The translations under genes were made by a program, and so were the position numbers. A DNA stretch of 36,213 nt, from positions 1 through 36,213 of the forward strand of contig CAITZE010000080.1 of assembly GCA_903896775.1 (NCBI GenBank). Direction: 5' to 3'. The stretch comes from an uncultured bacterium (GTDB taxonomy: Bacteria; Pseudomonadota; Alphaproteobacteria; Rhodospirillales; Rhodospirillaceae). This document shows positions 1 through 8,514 of this stretch, one piece after another (positions within the stretch are counted from its first letter, which is position 1; every line of letters begins with the position of its first letter). The notes under the pieces are model-generated. The model was not told the origin of the DNA and made no database searches. It saw only the letters and a program-made list of their open reading frames with translations.

Positions 1-1436
1 CCGTGGCCGTGACCGGCGCCTTCAAGGATGTAAGAGATCACAATTGTATCGTCTACCGGCGCCACATGAATGCCTTCACGCGCGAAGACGTGCATATCGA
101 ATTTGATGTTGTGCCCGATCTTCAGAACGCTGGGATCTTCCAGGAGCGGCTTCAGAAGCTTGACGGCGTCGTTAATGGCAATCTGCGGCGGCGCGTCTTT
201 GCTGCCGCTTTCTCCACCAAGGTCCAAAGTTCCCTGTGGCGCGCTGCCGACATGGCGCAACGGAATATAGCAACCGGAGCCCGGTGTAATGGACAACGAC
301 ACGCCGCACATTTTCGCGCGTAACGGATCAAGGCCGTCGGTTTCGGTATCGACGGCGACCCAGCCGTTGGCTGTAGCCGCATCCACCCAGCGCTTAAGAT
401 CGGCGACGGTCTGAATGGTTTCATAGGCGCCTGGACCGACCGCAGTAATAGGTGGGCTCACTGCAGCTTTGGAAAGTGCGGTGCTTTCAGGCGCTTTGTG
501 CGCGCGCGCATCATCCAGTGGAATTGATTCGAGCGAATGCGGCGTGCCGCCCAGCTTGCTGGTGACTTTCGCGATCAGACTTTTGAAGCCCTGCGCCGCA
601 ATAAAATCGAGCAGTGTTTTTGGATCGGGCTCGACCCACTTCAAATCCTCAAGCGCGCGTTCAACCGGAACATCGTCTTTCAATGTCACAAGACGCTTGG
701 AGATGCGCGCGAGGTCGGCGTAGGCGATCAAATTCTCGCGGCGCTTGGGCTGTTTGATCTCGCCGGCTTTGGCCAGCAAAGTCTCCAGATCGCCGTATTG
801 TAGAATGAGCTCGGCGGCGGTTTTGATGCCGATGCCGGGAACCCCCGGCACGTTGTCGGAGGAATCGCCCGCCAGGGCCTGAACCTCGATCACCTTATCC
901 GGACTGACGCCGAATTTTTCCTGCACCTGTTCAGGACCGATGGTGCGGTTCTTCATCGGGTCCAGCATGGTGATGCCGGGGCGGATCAACTGCATCAGAT
1001 CTTTATCGGCGGAGATAACGACCACATCGATGCTGGCGGCCTCGGCATGTTTGGCATAAGTCGCGATCAGATCATCGGCCTCGAAGCCTTCCATCTCGAC
1101 GCACGGCACATTGAAGGCGCGCGTCGCGTCACGAATGATGCTGAACTGGGGAACCAGCGCCTCGGGCGCTTCGGGCCGGTGCGCTTTATATTCTTTGTAG
1201 ATCTCGTTGCGGAAGGTCAGGCGCTTGGCGTCGAACACCACCGCAATCAGTTCTTCAACCTTGTGATCGCGCAAATCCTCCAACAGCTTCATCAGCATGT
1301 TGGCATAGCCGTATACGGCGTTGACCGGCGTTCCATCTGGCCGCGTCATGGGCGGCAGGGCGTGGAAAGCGCGGAAAATGTAACCCGATCCGTCGATCAG
1401 GTAGACGCGTTTTGGCTTGGGTGAGGGCGATGCCAT
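1..1436 (-). CDS. polA: DNA polymerase I, N-terminal ~478 codons (5'-3' exonuclease domain and the start of the 3'-5' exonuclease domain). The 3' end runs off the left edge of the window.
   Basis: Not in the supplied ORF track because there is no in-window stop. Hand translation of the reverse strand from ATG 1436-1434 gives MASPSPKPKRVYLIDGSGYIFRAFHALPPMTRPDGTPVN..., the canonical Pol I 5'-nuclease N-terminus. The frame is still open at position 3, where it reads ...PVDDTIVISYILEGAGHGH, typical of the Pol I proofreading domain. The + strand ORFs listed in 3-1424 are antisense shadows. Confidence 0.93.
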   Translation of the reverse strand, partial: MASPSPKPKRVYLIDGSGYIFRAFHALPPMTRPDGTPVNAVYGYANMLMKLLEDLRDHKVEELIAVVFDAKRLTFRNEIYKEYKAHRPEAPEALVPQFSIIRDATRAFNVPCVEMEGFEADDLIATYAKHAEAASIDVVVISADKDLMQLIRPGITMLDPMKNRTIGPEQVQEKFGVSPDKVIEVQALAGDSSDNVPGVPGIGIKTAAELILQYGDLETLLAKAGEIKQPKRRENLIAYADLARISKRLVTLKDDVPVERALEDLKWVEPDPKTLLDFIAAQGFKSLIAKVTSKLGGTPHSLESIPLDDARAHKAPESTALSKAAVSPPITAVGPGAYETIQTVADLKRWVDAATANGWVAVDTETDGLDPLRAKMCGVSLSITPGSGCYIPLRHVGSAPQGTLDLGGESGSKDAPPQIAINDAVKLLKPLLEDPSVLKIGHNIKFDMHVFAREGIHVAPVDDTIVISYILEGAGHGH

Positions 1437-1472
1437 TCCGAAATGAGTGGGGCGCGAACGCAGCCCCTAATC

Positions 1473-1658
1473 TCAATGGCCCGCGTGGGCTTTGGCGTCC
1501 TTATTGAGGACGTAGTGACGGCTGCAGTAGGGGCACTCAATCTCGCCGATCTCAGGCTTGATCTGCAGGAAAACGCGCGGGTGGCCCAGGGACCCGCCGC
1601 CGCCATCACAGCTGACGGCCGTGGTGTCGACTTTGATCGTTTCAAAAGGCTCGGTCAT
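1473..1658 (-). CDS. Small zinc-finger domain protein (zf-CHCC type, NDUFS6-like)
   Basis: 61-aa ORF with ...VSCDGGGGSLGHPRVFLQI...EIECPYCSRHY..., the conserved CHCC zinc-knuckle pattern of this small alphaproteobacterial family. Lies directly upstream of polA on the same strand. Confidence 0.85.
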   Translation of the reverse strand: MTEPFETIKVDTTAVSCDGGGGSLGHPRVFLQIKPEIGEIECPYCSRHYVLNKDAKAHAGH

Positions 1659-1838
1659 GGTGCGTTTCCCGCTAAGTGCCAGTGCCGCGCGAAGCGGCGA
1701 TCTTGAGGATGTTTATGCGGCTGTGCGGCCCGGATTTCAAGATGGCGCATAACGCGGCCTAAAGGGGCTTTCGGCATAAGCCGCCCCTCAGGGTCGCCTT
1801 AGGTCATTGACCGGCCATTTTATGGAGGATATCCAACG

Positions 1839-2831
1839 GTGATGAGCAACCCGTCGCCCACCGCCCCCCCTGGTTTTGCGATTCCCGACCTGGCCGTTGA
1901 AATACGCGGCCTCAATAAAATTTATGACGGCAGCGGAAAGCGCCCGCCCAAACTCGCGGTCAGCAACTTTTCGCTGGAAGTGCCGCGCGGGTCTTTCTTT
2001 GGGCTGCTTGGTCCCAATGGCGCAGGCAAATCGACTATCATCAATATAATGGCCGGTCTGGTCCGCAAGACTTCGGGCTCGGTACGAATCTGGGATTACG
2101 ATATCGACACCCAAGAACGCCAAACCCGCTGCGCAATCGGCGTCGTGCCGCAAGAGCTGAACCTCGATCCGTTTTTTACGCCGGCTGAAGTGCTGGAAGT
2201 GCAGGCGGGTCTTTATGGCGTCCCCAAAGCCGAACGGCGCACTATGGAAATCCTCGAAGTCGTGGGCCTCGCCGACAAAGCCAATTCCTACGCCCGCGCG
2301 CTCTCGGGCGGTATGCGCCGCCGATTGCTGATCGCCAAAGCGCTGGTCCATACGCCGCCGGTGGTGGTGCTGGATGAGCCCACTGCAGGTGTCGACGTAG
2401 AGTTGCGCCAGCATCTGTGGCGACATTTGCGCGAGTTGAATGCGCGCGGCACCACGATTGTGCTGACGACTCATTATCTTGAAGAAGCTGAAGCGTTGTG
2501 CGATCGCGTTGCCATCATCAACCACGGCCGGTTGGTGGCTTGCGATACCACGCGTGCGCTGCTCCGTCGCATCGACAACAAAGCGGTGATCTTGAGTCTC
2601 GCGCAGCCGTTGGCAGAAATTCCACCGGCGCTGGCGAACTTTCATGCGACGCTGCCGTTCCCGACGGAACTGCACATCAACTACCGTCCCAGCGACAATG
2701 CCATGCAGGAAATTTTGGACGCCGTGCGTGCCGCGCAAATCGTTGTTGCCGACATCAGAACCGAGGAAGTCGATCTCGAAGACATCTTCCTGCAGCTGAC
2801 GGCGGGCAGTTCTAGTCAAGCTGCGCAATAG
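1839..2831 (+). CDS. ABC transporter ATP-binding protein (ABC-2/YadG-like subfamily)
   Basis: Walker A GPNGAGKST, signature LSGGMRRRL, Walker B VVVLDEPT, H-loop TTHYLEE. GGAGGA lies 7 nt upstream of the GTG-ATG start pair at 1839/1842. Confidence 0.9.
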   Translation: MMSNPSPTAPPGFAIPDLAVEIRGLNKIYDGSGKRPPKLAVSNFSLEVPRGSFFGLLGPNGAGKSTIINIMAGLVRKTSGSVRIWDYDIDTQERQTRCAIGVVPQELNLDPFFTPAEVLEVQAGLYGVPKAERRTMEILEVVGLADKANSYARALSGGMRRRLLIAKALVHTPPVVVLDEPTAGVDVELRQHLWRHLRELNARGTTIVLTTHYLEEAEALCDRVAIINHGRLVACDTTRALLRRIDNKAVILSLAQPLAEIPPALANFHATLPFPTELHINYRPSDNAMQEILDAVRAAQIVVADIRTEEVDLEDIFLQLTAGSSSQAAQ

Positions 2832-2833
2832 AC

Positions 2834-3865
2834 ATGAAGTTCATGCGCCTGCCGCCGTCGAGCGTCGTGGTTATGGTGCTCGCGGCGTGCGCGCCGTTGA
2901 CCGCACCGTCCGGGCCGGGGCCAACGACACCGCATCTCACTGACAAATCCTTTGTCACGTCCGACGGCTTAGAACTCGCCGTGCGCCGATGGTTGCCGCA
3001 AGACAGCGCGCCAAAGGTCGTGGTTCTCGCCGTGCATGGCTTCAACGACTACAGCAAAGCCTTCGACAAAGTCCCAGGTGCGCCGGGGGTTGGTCCGTTT
3101 TTGGCCGAGCGTGGCGTTGCGGTTTACGCCTACGATCAGCGCGGCTTCGGCGCGTCACCTCACGCCGGCTTGTGGCCCGGACGCGAGGTCATGGTCGCGG
3201 ATTTCAAGGATTTCGCGCGCGTTCTGAAGGGGCTTTATCCCGATACGCCGCTTTACGGTCTTGGCGAAAGCATGGGCGGCGCGGTGGTCATGGCGGCTTT
3301 GGCCAGCGCCGATCCGCCGCCAGTAAACGGCGCTGTTCTGGCATCGCCCGCCGTGTGGGGTCGTTCCACGATGCCGATGTATTATCGTGCGGCGCTCTGG
3401 CTCGGCACACGTATTCTGCCCGGCTGGAAACCCACGGGGCAAAGTCTGGGTCGCCTCGCCAGCGATAATCTCGACATGCTGCGTGATAACGGCCGCGATC
3501 CCTTGTTCATCAAGGAAACACGTATCGACGCAGTTTATGGGCTGACCGATTTGATGGATGAAGCTTTGGCGGCTGCACCGCGTATCAAGACGCCGGTCTT
3601 GTACCTTTACGGTCACAACGACCAGATCATTCCGCGCAAGCCAACCAAACAAGCACTCGAAGCGATGAATACGACGGATACCCAACTTCGCCCGGCCTAC
3701 TACAACAATGGCTGGCACATGATCCTGCGCGATAAAGAAGCGCCGCTAGTCCTCAGCGACGTGGCGGCGTTTCTGAATAACCCTGCAGCGCCGCTCCCTT
3801 CGGGCGCCGACGTGGCCGCTTTGCCGCGCCTCGAAGGCGAGAAAAAAGAGTGCCCACCCTGCTGA
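2834..3865 (+). CDS. Lipoprotein alpha/beta hydrolase (lysophospholipase / monoacylglycerol lipase-like)
   Basis: Signal peptide with lipobox (MKFMRLPPSSVVVMVLAAC), HGFNDYS oxyanion-region motif and GESMGG nucleophile elbow. Starts 2 nt after the ABC ATPase stop. Confidence 0.85.
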   Translation: MKFMRLPPSSVVVMVLAACAPLTAPSGPGPTTPHLTDKSFVTSDGLELAVRRWLPQDSAPKVVVLAVHGFNDYSKAFDKVPGAPGVGPFLAERGVAVYAYDQRGFGASPHAGLWPGREVMVADFKDFARVLKGLYPDTPLYGLGESMGGAVVMAALASADPPPVNGAVLASPAVWGRSTMPMYYRAALWLGTRILPGWKPTGQSLGRLASDNLDMLRDNGRDPLFIKETRIDAVYGLTDLMDEALAAAPRIKTPVLYLYGHNDQIIPRKPTKQALEAMNTTDTQLRPAYYNNGWHMILRDKEAPLVLSDVAAFLNNPAAPLPSGADVAALPRLEGEKKECPPC

Positions 3866-3955
3866 TATGGCTCCATTTGCGCCCTATTTGCGCCTGTGTA
3901 GCTGATGTTCTAGATTGCCGCCCCACGCCGTCAAGGCGTTGCCAAATCGCCATGC

Positions 3956-4032
3956 GCGCCCGTAGCTCAGATGGATAGAGCGCTACCCTCCGAAGGTAGA
4001 GGTCAGGGGTTCGAATCCCTTCGGGCGCGCCA
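3956..4032 (+). tRNA. tRNA-Arg(CCG): tRNA-Arg, anticodon CCG, with encoded CCA end
   Basis: Hand-folded cloverleaf: acceptor GCGCCCG/CGGGCGC, D stem GCTC/GAGC, anticodon stem CTACC/GGTAG with loop CTCCGAA (anticodon CCG), T arm AGGGG-TTCGAAT-CCCTT, discriminator G, CCA. Confidence 0.95.
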
Positions 4033-5790
4033 TTTATCCCATATCGTTTGGTAAGCCGATTCCAAGCCGTGCGTGAAGCGGTCGGCATCGAAAAGCGGGC
4101 TTTCGTGCAACGCGCGCTCCAATTTGGCTTTGATCGACGCTAATGCTTCCGGCTGTGTTGCCAGCTGAAGTGCCCGCACTTGGTACTCTGCGATGCTCGT
4201 TGTCATGAGTTCGGGAAGATTCAATGTGCGCAGCAGGCTACCGGCCATGCGTGAGGCGTAGGTACGCCCGCTCAAAGTGAGAAGCGGCAGTCCCATCGAT
4301 AAGGCGTCGCTTGCGGTGGTTGCCGCATTGTAGGGAAATGTGTCGAGGAATAAATCTGCGAGGCGGTAACGTGCAAGATGTTCCGTCATCGATGCAATCT
4401 TGGGCGCAAAAATCAGACGCTCGGACTGCACGCCGCGAGCTGCGGCTTCGCGCTGCAGATTTTGTTGAGCTTCGGAGTTGCTGAAAGCTAGCCATAACAC
4501 GCTGCCGGGGACGGCTTTCAGCAAGCGCAGCCATACTTCAAACATTTCGGGTGCGATTTTGTAGCTGTTATTGAAGCTGCAAAAAACAAATCCGTCTGCT
4601 GGCAATCTGCAATTCTCGCGGCTTGGCGTATGGGTGGCGACAGCGCGGTGTCTATCACTCGGAAGGAAACAATCAGGCAGCGGAAGAAGGGTCTCCATGT
4701 AAAGCGCCTGCTGGTCTTGGGGTACGACGTAGGGATCGACGAGCACATAGTCAAACAAGTCACTGCCGGTCGTGCCGCTGAACCCCAGGTACGTCACTTG
4801 TATCGGTGCGGGGCGATAAGAGAAAATCCCTAGCCTGCTGCCGTGCGTATGGCCGTTGAGATCGATCGCGATATCGATTTCTAAATCGCGGATGACTTCC
4901 GCTGCTTCTTTATTCGACAGATTGCGCGCATCCACAAACTTATCGAATGCACGCTCAAGCCGTTGCCGCGGGGCGCTGCCGTCATCGGGCCCATATGAAA
5001 TACCGTAAACTTCGAACTGGCTGCGGTCGTGATCCTCGAACAAACCTGCGGTCAGATGGGCGACGGCGGATTGGCCAAAATCGCGCGAGACATAGGCAAT
5101 ACGAATGCGGTCATGATTAGTATGCGTGGCTTTCGGCAGCGGCATTCCGGGTCGGACCATCGTGCGCTCAAGATGATGGCGCGCCGCGCTCAAGTGAACG
5201 GCAGGATCGTCAATGAGCGCATGCAGGATGAAAGGTGGGCCGGCATAGACCCGCGCCGCAGCTGCAGCAATGAGAGCTTCACGCGCTGTAGTGTCGGTCC
5301 ATGAGCATGCGAGCGCGCTGGTGTAAACGTAAAGGCCAAGCGCCTCGGTATAGTCGGGTTTAAGCTTGTAAGCCTCGCGATAATGGATAATCGCGTCGCC
5401 GCGCCGGTTGGACGAGAAGTAAGCGTTTCCCAAATTGTAGTGCACGCTCGCGGCGTCCGGTTTCAGCAATAGGACCTGCTGAAAGCTTCTAATGGCGGCG
5501 TCGAAGTTTTCTTCGGCAAAGTGCGCGCAGCCCAGATTGTTCCAAGCGCCGATCAGATTGGGTTTGATATGCAACGCGCGCTGAATAAGCGGAATGCCGC
5601 GTTTTGTGTCGCCTTCATTGATGAATGTAGCGCCCAGCAATTGCAGCGCATTGTAATTGTCCGGGTCGATCGACAGCACGTCTTCGAACAATACGCGCGC
5701 GCCGGCCATATTGCCCGCGCGCAGGTGGCTTAAGCCATCTTGTATTTTGGATGCGGCCAACGTGGCTGCGGGCTCATCTGCGGACGGCAC
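4003..5790 (-). CDS. TPR-repeat protein with C-terminal O-GlcNAc-transferase-like (GT41, SPINDLY-type) domain
   Basis: 595 aa. The N-terminal ~160 aa are tandem TPR motifs (...ALQLLGATFINEGD..., ...AWNNLGCAHFAEENFDAAI..., ...VHYNLGNAYFSSNRRGDAI...). The C-terminal ~400 aa show GT41 hallmarks (IRIAYVSRDF..H, PIQVTYLGFSGTTG, FCSFNNSYKI, NAATTASDAL). GTG start. The last 30 nt overlap the tRNA-Arg gene on the opposite strand. Confidence 0.85.
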   Translation of the reverse strand: MPSADEPAATLAASKIQDGLSHLRAGNMAGARVLFEDVLSIDPDNYNALQLLGATFINEGDTKRGIPLIQRALHIKPNLIGAWNNLGCAHFAEENFDAAIRSFQQVLLLKPDAASVHYNLGNAYFSSNRRGDAIIHYREAYKLKPDYTEALGLYVYTSALACSWTDTTAREALIAAAAARVYAGPPFILHALIDDPAVHLSAARHHLERTMVRPGMPLPKATHTNHDRIRIAYVSRDFGQSAVAHLTAGLFEDHDRSQFEVYGISYGPDDGSAPRQRLERAFDKFVDARNLSNKEAAEVIRDLEIDIAIDLNGHTHGSRLGIFSYRPAPIQVTYLGFSGTTGSDLFDYVLVDPYVVPQDQQALYMETLLPLPDCFLPSDRHRAVATHTPSRENCRLPADGFVFCSFNNSYKIAPEMFEVWLRLLKAVPGSVLWLAFSNSEAQQNLQREAAARGVQSERLIFAPKIASMTEHLARYRLADLFLDTFPYNAATTASDALSMGLPLLTLSGRTYASRMAGSLLRTLNLPELMTTSIAEYQVRALQLATQPEALASIKAKLERALHESPLFDADRFTHGLESAYQTIWDKWRARRDSNP

Positions 5791-6074
5791 TAGCGTTTGG
5801 ATACAGAGGGATTTTGCGCGCGCGCGGCTTGCCGCCGCGCCAACTCATCAGCAACGTCAAAGCGGCCGGATTCGGTGGCGAAAATTATTAGCAGACGTTC
5901 GACATCCGGATGCTCAACACGCGCCAAGACCCAGCGCGACAAAAGAACCGGCGCGAGAAGGCGCATGATGAAAGCGGGTTTGCGCGCCGGATCGTAAGCC
6001 GCACGGTCAACCGTGGTATTGATCGCAGTACGGCTGCTTACGGGCTCTTTTGCGCTTGGTTTATTCGCCGACAA
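5790..6074 (-). CDS. Hypothetical 94-aa protein (TTG start), possibly a gene remnant
   Basis: The only evidence is an open frame whose TAG stop overlaps the GTG start of the TPR/GT41 gene by 1 nt. No recognisable motif and a weak start codon. Confidence 0.3.
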   Translation of the reverse strand: MSANKPSAKEPVSSRTAINTTVDRAAYDPARKPAFIMRLLAPVLLSRWVLARVEHPDVERLLIIFATESGRFDVADELARRQAARAQNPSVSKR

Positions 6075-6228
6075 GCTTAAACGTTCGGCAGCGGCGGTCG
6101 CCTATTACGATCAATTTCTGGCGCTTTTTGATCAGCGTCCAGTCATGCTGGATACGTCCATCGATGGCGTGCGCGATCGCGTACGGTATTTGCGCGCACG
6201 CCTTTGATACCCAAGCATTTGAGAACGG
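6061..6228 (-). pseudogene. Start-less open frame: probable 3' remnant of an unidentified gene truncated at its 5' end
   Basis: Hand translation of the reverse strand gives ...FSNAWVSKACAQIPYAIAHAIDGRIQHDWTLIKKRQKLIVIGDRRCRTFKLVGE*, with stop TAA at 6063-6061. There is no ATG/GTG start, so it is absent from the ORF track. It abuts the truncated pilT head-to-head. Confidence 0.3.
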
Positions 6229-6986
6229 TAACCGGCCCGACCGGCTCCGGCAAATCGACCACCTTGGCGGCGATGGTCAATCACATGAACGAAAATTCAG
6301 ACATGCATATCCTCACCGTCGAGGATCCGGTCGAATTCGTGCATCAAAAGAAGCGCGCTCTGATCAACCACCGCGAAGTGGGACGCCACACCAAATCCTT
6401 CGCACGTGCGTTGAAGAGCGCTTTGCGCGAAGATCCGGACGTCATTCTTGTTGGCGAAATGCGCGATCACGAGACAATCTCTCTTGCGCTTACAGCGGCT
6501 GAGACCGGGCACTTGGTTATGGGTACGCTGCACACCAGCTCCGCCGCCAAGACTGTCGATCGTATCATCGACGTGTTCCCCGCCGGTGATAAGGAAATGG
6601 TGCGGTCCATGATTGCCGGGTCGCTTCAGGCCGTGATCAGCCAAGTCTTACTGAAAAAGAAGGGCGGCGGACGTGTTGCCGCTCATGAAATCATGACCGG
6701 CACTTCGGCGATCCGTAACTTGATCCGCGAAAATAAAGTACCGCAGATTTATTCGATGATCCAAGTTGGTATGCGCTACGGCATGCAGACCATGGAAGAC
6801 GGAATTAAGAAAGCGGTAGAGTCAGGTTTGGTCGACAACAGCGTCGCCGAAGAAATGTCGAAATCTTTGACGGACGACGGCACCGCGCCTGGAGCACAAC
6901 CAGCGGGCGGCGCGAAACCGGCAGCCCCGGCGGCCGCACAGCCGGCAGCCGCAGATGCCCAGCGCAAATCGCGGTCGCTGTTCTAG
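6204..6986 (+). pseudogene. pilT: Type IV pilus retraction ATPase PilT, 5'-truncated. It lacks the whole N-terminal domain and the frame begins just before Walker A.
   Basis: Sequence reads ...VTGPTGSGKSTTLAAM...ILTVEDPVEFVH...ALREDPDVILVGEMRD.ETI..ALTAAETGHLV.GTLHT.SAA.TVDRI.DVFP...AHEIM.GT.AIRNLIRE.K, which matches PilT from Walker A to the C-terminus. Full-length PilT has about 125 more N-terminal residues. The in-frame stop at 6129, TTG start and lack of a Shine-Dalgarno sequence argue it is a remnant. It carries an Ala/Pro-rich 38-aa tail. Confidence 0.8.
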
Positions 6987-7030
6987 AAGTTCGCCGCCTT
7001 ACCCGCCTGCCAACGCAAGGAGCTTAAACG

Positions 7031-8155
7031 ATGTTTGATTCGGAATTCCAAGGTTGGTTGCGTGAACTGGCGGGACCCGGCGGCTCGGATTTATATGTCA
7101 CCGTTCATTCCGCGCCGATGTGGCGCGGCGATAAAGGCTTTAAACCCTTGCGGGAGAAGCCGCTGACAACGGAAGAGATCAACCGCATCGTCGCTTCGTT
7201 CATGAACGAGAAGCAGCGTAAAGAGTTTGAGACGACCGGCGAATTCAATATGGCAGTGGTCATGGACGGTGTAGGGCGGTTCCGCCTCAACCTGTTCAAA
7301 CAGCGCGGTATGCCCGGCATTGTCGCCCGTATCATCCGCTCGGAGATTCCGACCCTGGCCGCTCTAAAGCTTCCGTCGCTGATGGGCGACCTCGTGATGG
7401 AGAAGCGCGGGCTGATATTTGTTGTCGGCGGCACCGGCTCAGGCAAATCGACCACCCTCGCGGCCATGATCGATCATCGCAATGCGTCCGCTCCAGGGCA
7501 TATCATCACCATCGAAGATCCGGTCGAGTTTGTTCACGACCATAAACAGTGTGTGGTGACGCAACGAGAAGTCGGCGTTGATACGGATTCATTCGATGCT
7601 GCACTGAAAAATACATTACGGCAGCATCCGGATTTAATTTTGATCGGGGAAATCCGCGATATGAAGACGATGGAACACGCCATCAATATCGCCCAAACCG
7701 GTCACTTGGCGATGGCGACGCTTCACGCCAACAACGCCAATCAGGCGATCGACCGCGTGATCAATTTCTTCCCGCAGGAAACGCATCGCCAAATCCTTCT
7801 TAATCTATCCCTCAATCTGCGAGGGATCATCTCGCAGCGCCTGGTTAAGAAAACAGACGGGGGGCGGGCGGCGGCTCTCGAGATCCTTTTGAATCAGGGC
7901 TACATCAAGGAACTTATCGGCAAGGGCGAAGTCAAAGAACTGAAGAAGATAATGGAAGAGAACGTGCAAGCGGGCATGCAGACCTTCGATCAGGCGCTGC
8001 TCAAGCTTTTTCAGAACGGTGAAATTTCCGAAGAGACCGCATTAGGCGAAGCCGACAACGTCGGCGATCTCAAGCTCAAGATGAAACAGGGCGGGAGTGA
8101 TGGCAAAGGCGGCGGCTTGAAAAGCGTCGACACCTCGAAGCTATCGCTCGGCTAA
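7031..8155 (+). CDS. pilU: Type IV pilus ATPase PilU (PilT-family, full length)
   Basis: 374 aa with the N-terminal domain present (GGSDLYVTVHSAPMWR..GRFRLNLFKQRG), Walker A GGTGSGKSTTLAAM, IITIEDPVEFVH, ILIGEIRD and ATLHANNANQAIDRV, plus the PilU-type C-terminal extension. AAGGAG lies 8 nt upstream of the ATG. Confidence 0.9.
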   Translation: MFDSEFQGWLRELAGPGGSDLYVTVHSAPMWRGDKGFKPLREKPLTTEEINRIVASFMNEKQRKEFETTGEFNMAVVMDGVGRFRLNLFKQRGMPGIVARIIRSEIPTLAALKLPSLMGDLVMEKRGLIFVVGGTGSGKSTTLAAMIDHRNASAPGHIITIEDPVEFVHDHKQCVVTQREVGVDTDSFDAALKNTLRQHPDLILIGEIRDMKTMEHAINIAQTGHLAMATLHANNANQAIDRVINFFPQETHRQILLNLSLNLRGIISQRLVKKTDGGRAAALEILLNQGYIKELIGKGEVKELKKIMEENVQAGMQTFDQALLKLFQNGEISEETALGEADNVGDLKLKMKQGGSDGKGGGLKSVDTSKLSLG

Positions 8156-8514
8156 GGCGCAGCTGCAACGCTCGCCATTTTTTCCGTTTGCTCAAGCGCA
8201 GCTAAAAAGGCGCGTTCAAGCGACACGGCGGCATACTGCTGCATGAAGTCTGCGGGCGTTCCCAAGAATATGATCTGACCGCCGTGTATAATTCCGATCC
8301 GGTCGCAGATTTCCTCGATATCGGACAGAATATGAGAGCTGAAGAATATGGAACGCCCCGCGGTTCGGGCCTCCATAAGCTTGTCTTTCAGAAGGACGCG
8401 TGCGCGCGGATCCAGCCCGCTCATAGGTTCATCTAGAATCATCAAAGAGGCGTTCACTAGAAAGCTGCCGACGAGACCAAGCTTTTGGCCCATGCCCTTG
8501 GAATAAGTGCGCAC
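8152..8514 (-). pseudogene. ABC transporter ATP-binding protein, C-terminal half only. The Walker A half is missing.
   Basis: The 120-aa frame starts at the ABC signature (TYSKGMGQKLGL) and continues through Walker B LMILDEPMSGLD and H-loop FFSSH. An in-frame stop sits 10 codons upstream of the listed start, and no Walker A is present in any frame upstream. Confidence 0.8.

Noticed and set aside
1788-2828. 346-aa ORF on the minus strand, antisense to the ABC ATPase gene
   Set aside because: Arg/Gln/His-rich with no motifs. It fully overlaps a gene with complete Walker A, signature and Walker B motifs, which is typical of a GC-rich antisense shadow ORF.
3866-3955. Short direct repeat ATTTGCGCC-CT-ATTTGCGCC upstream of the tRNA
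   Set aside because: Only two 9-nt copies in an intergenic promoter region, too short to interpret.
5800-6228. Search for a frameshifted PilT N-terminal domain upstream of the truncated pilT
   Set aside because: None of the three + frames shows the GASDLH / RVDG / FRVN-type motifs. The faint PVMLDTSIDGVRDRV similarity in ORF 6013-6207 is too close to Walker A to be the real domain, and it is antisense to a better open frame.
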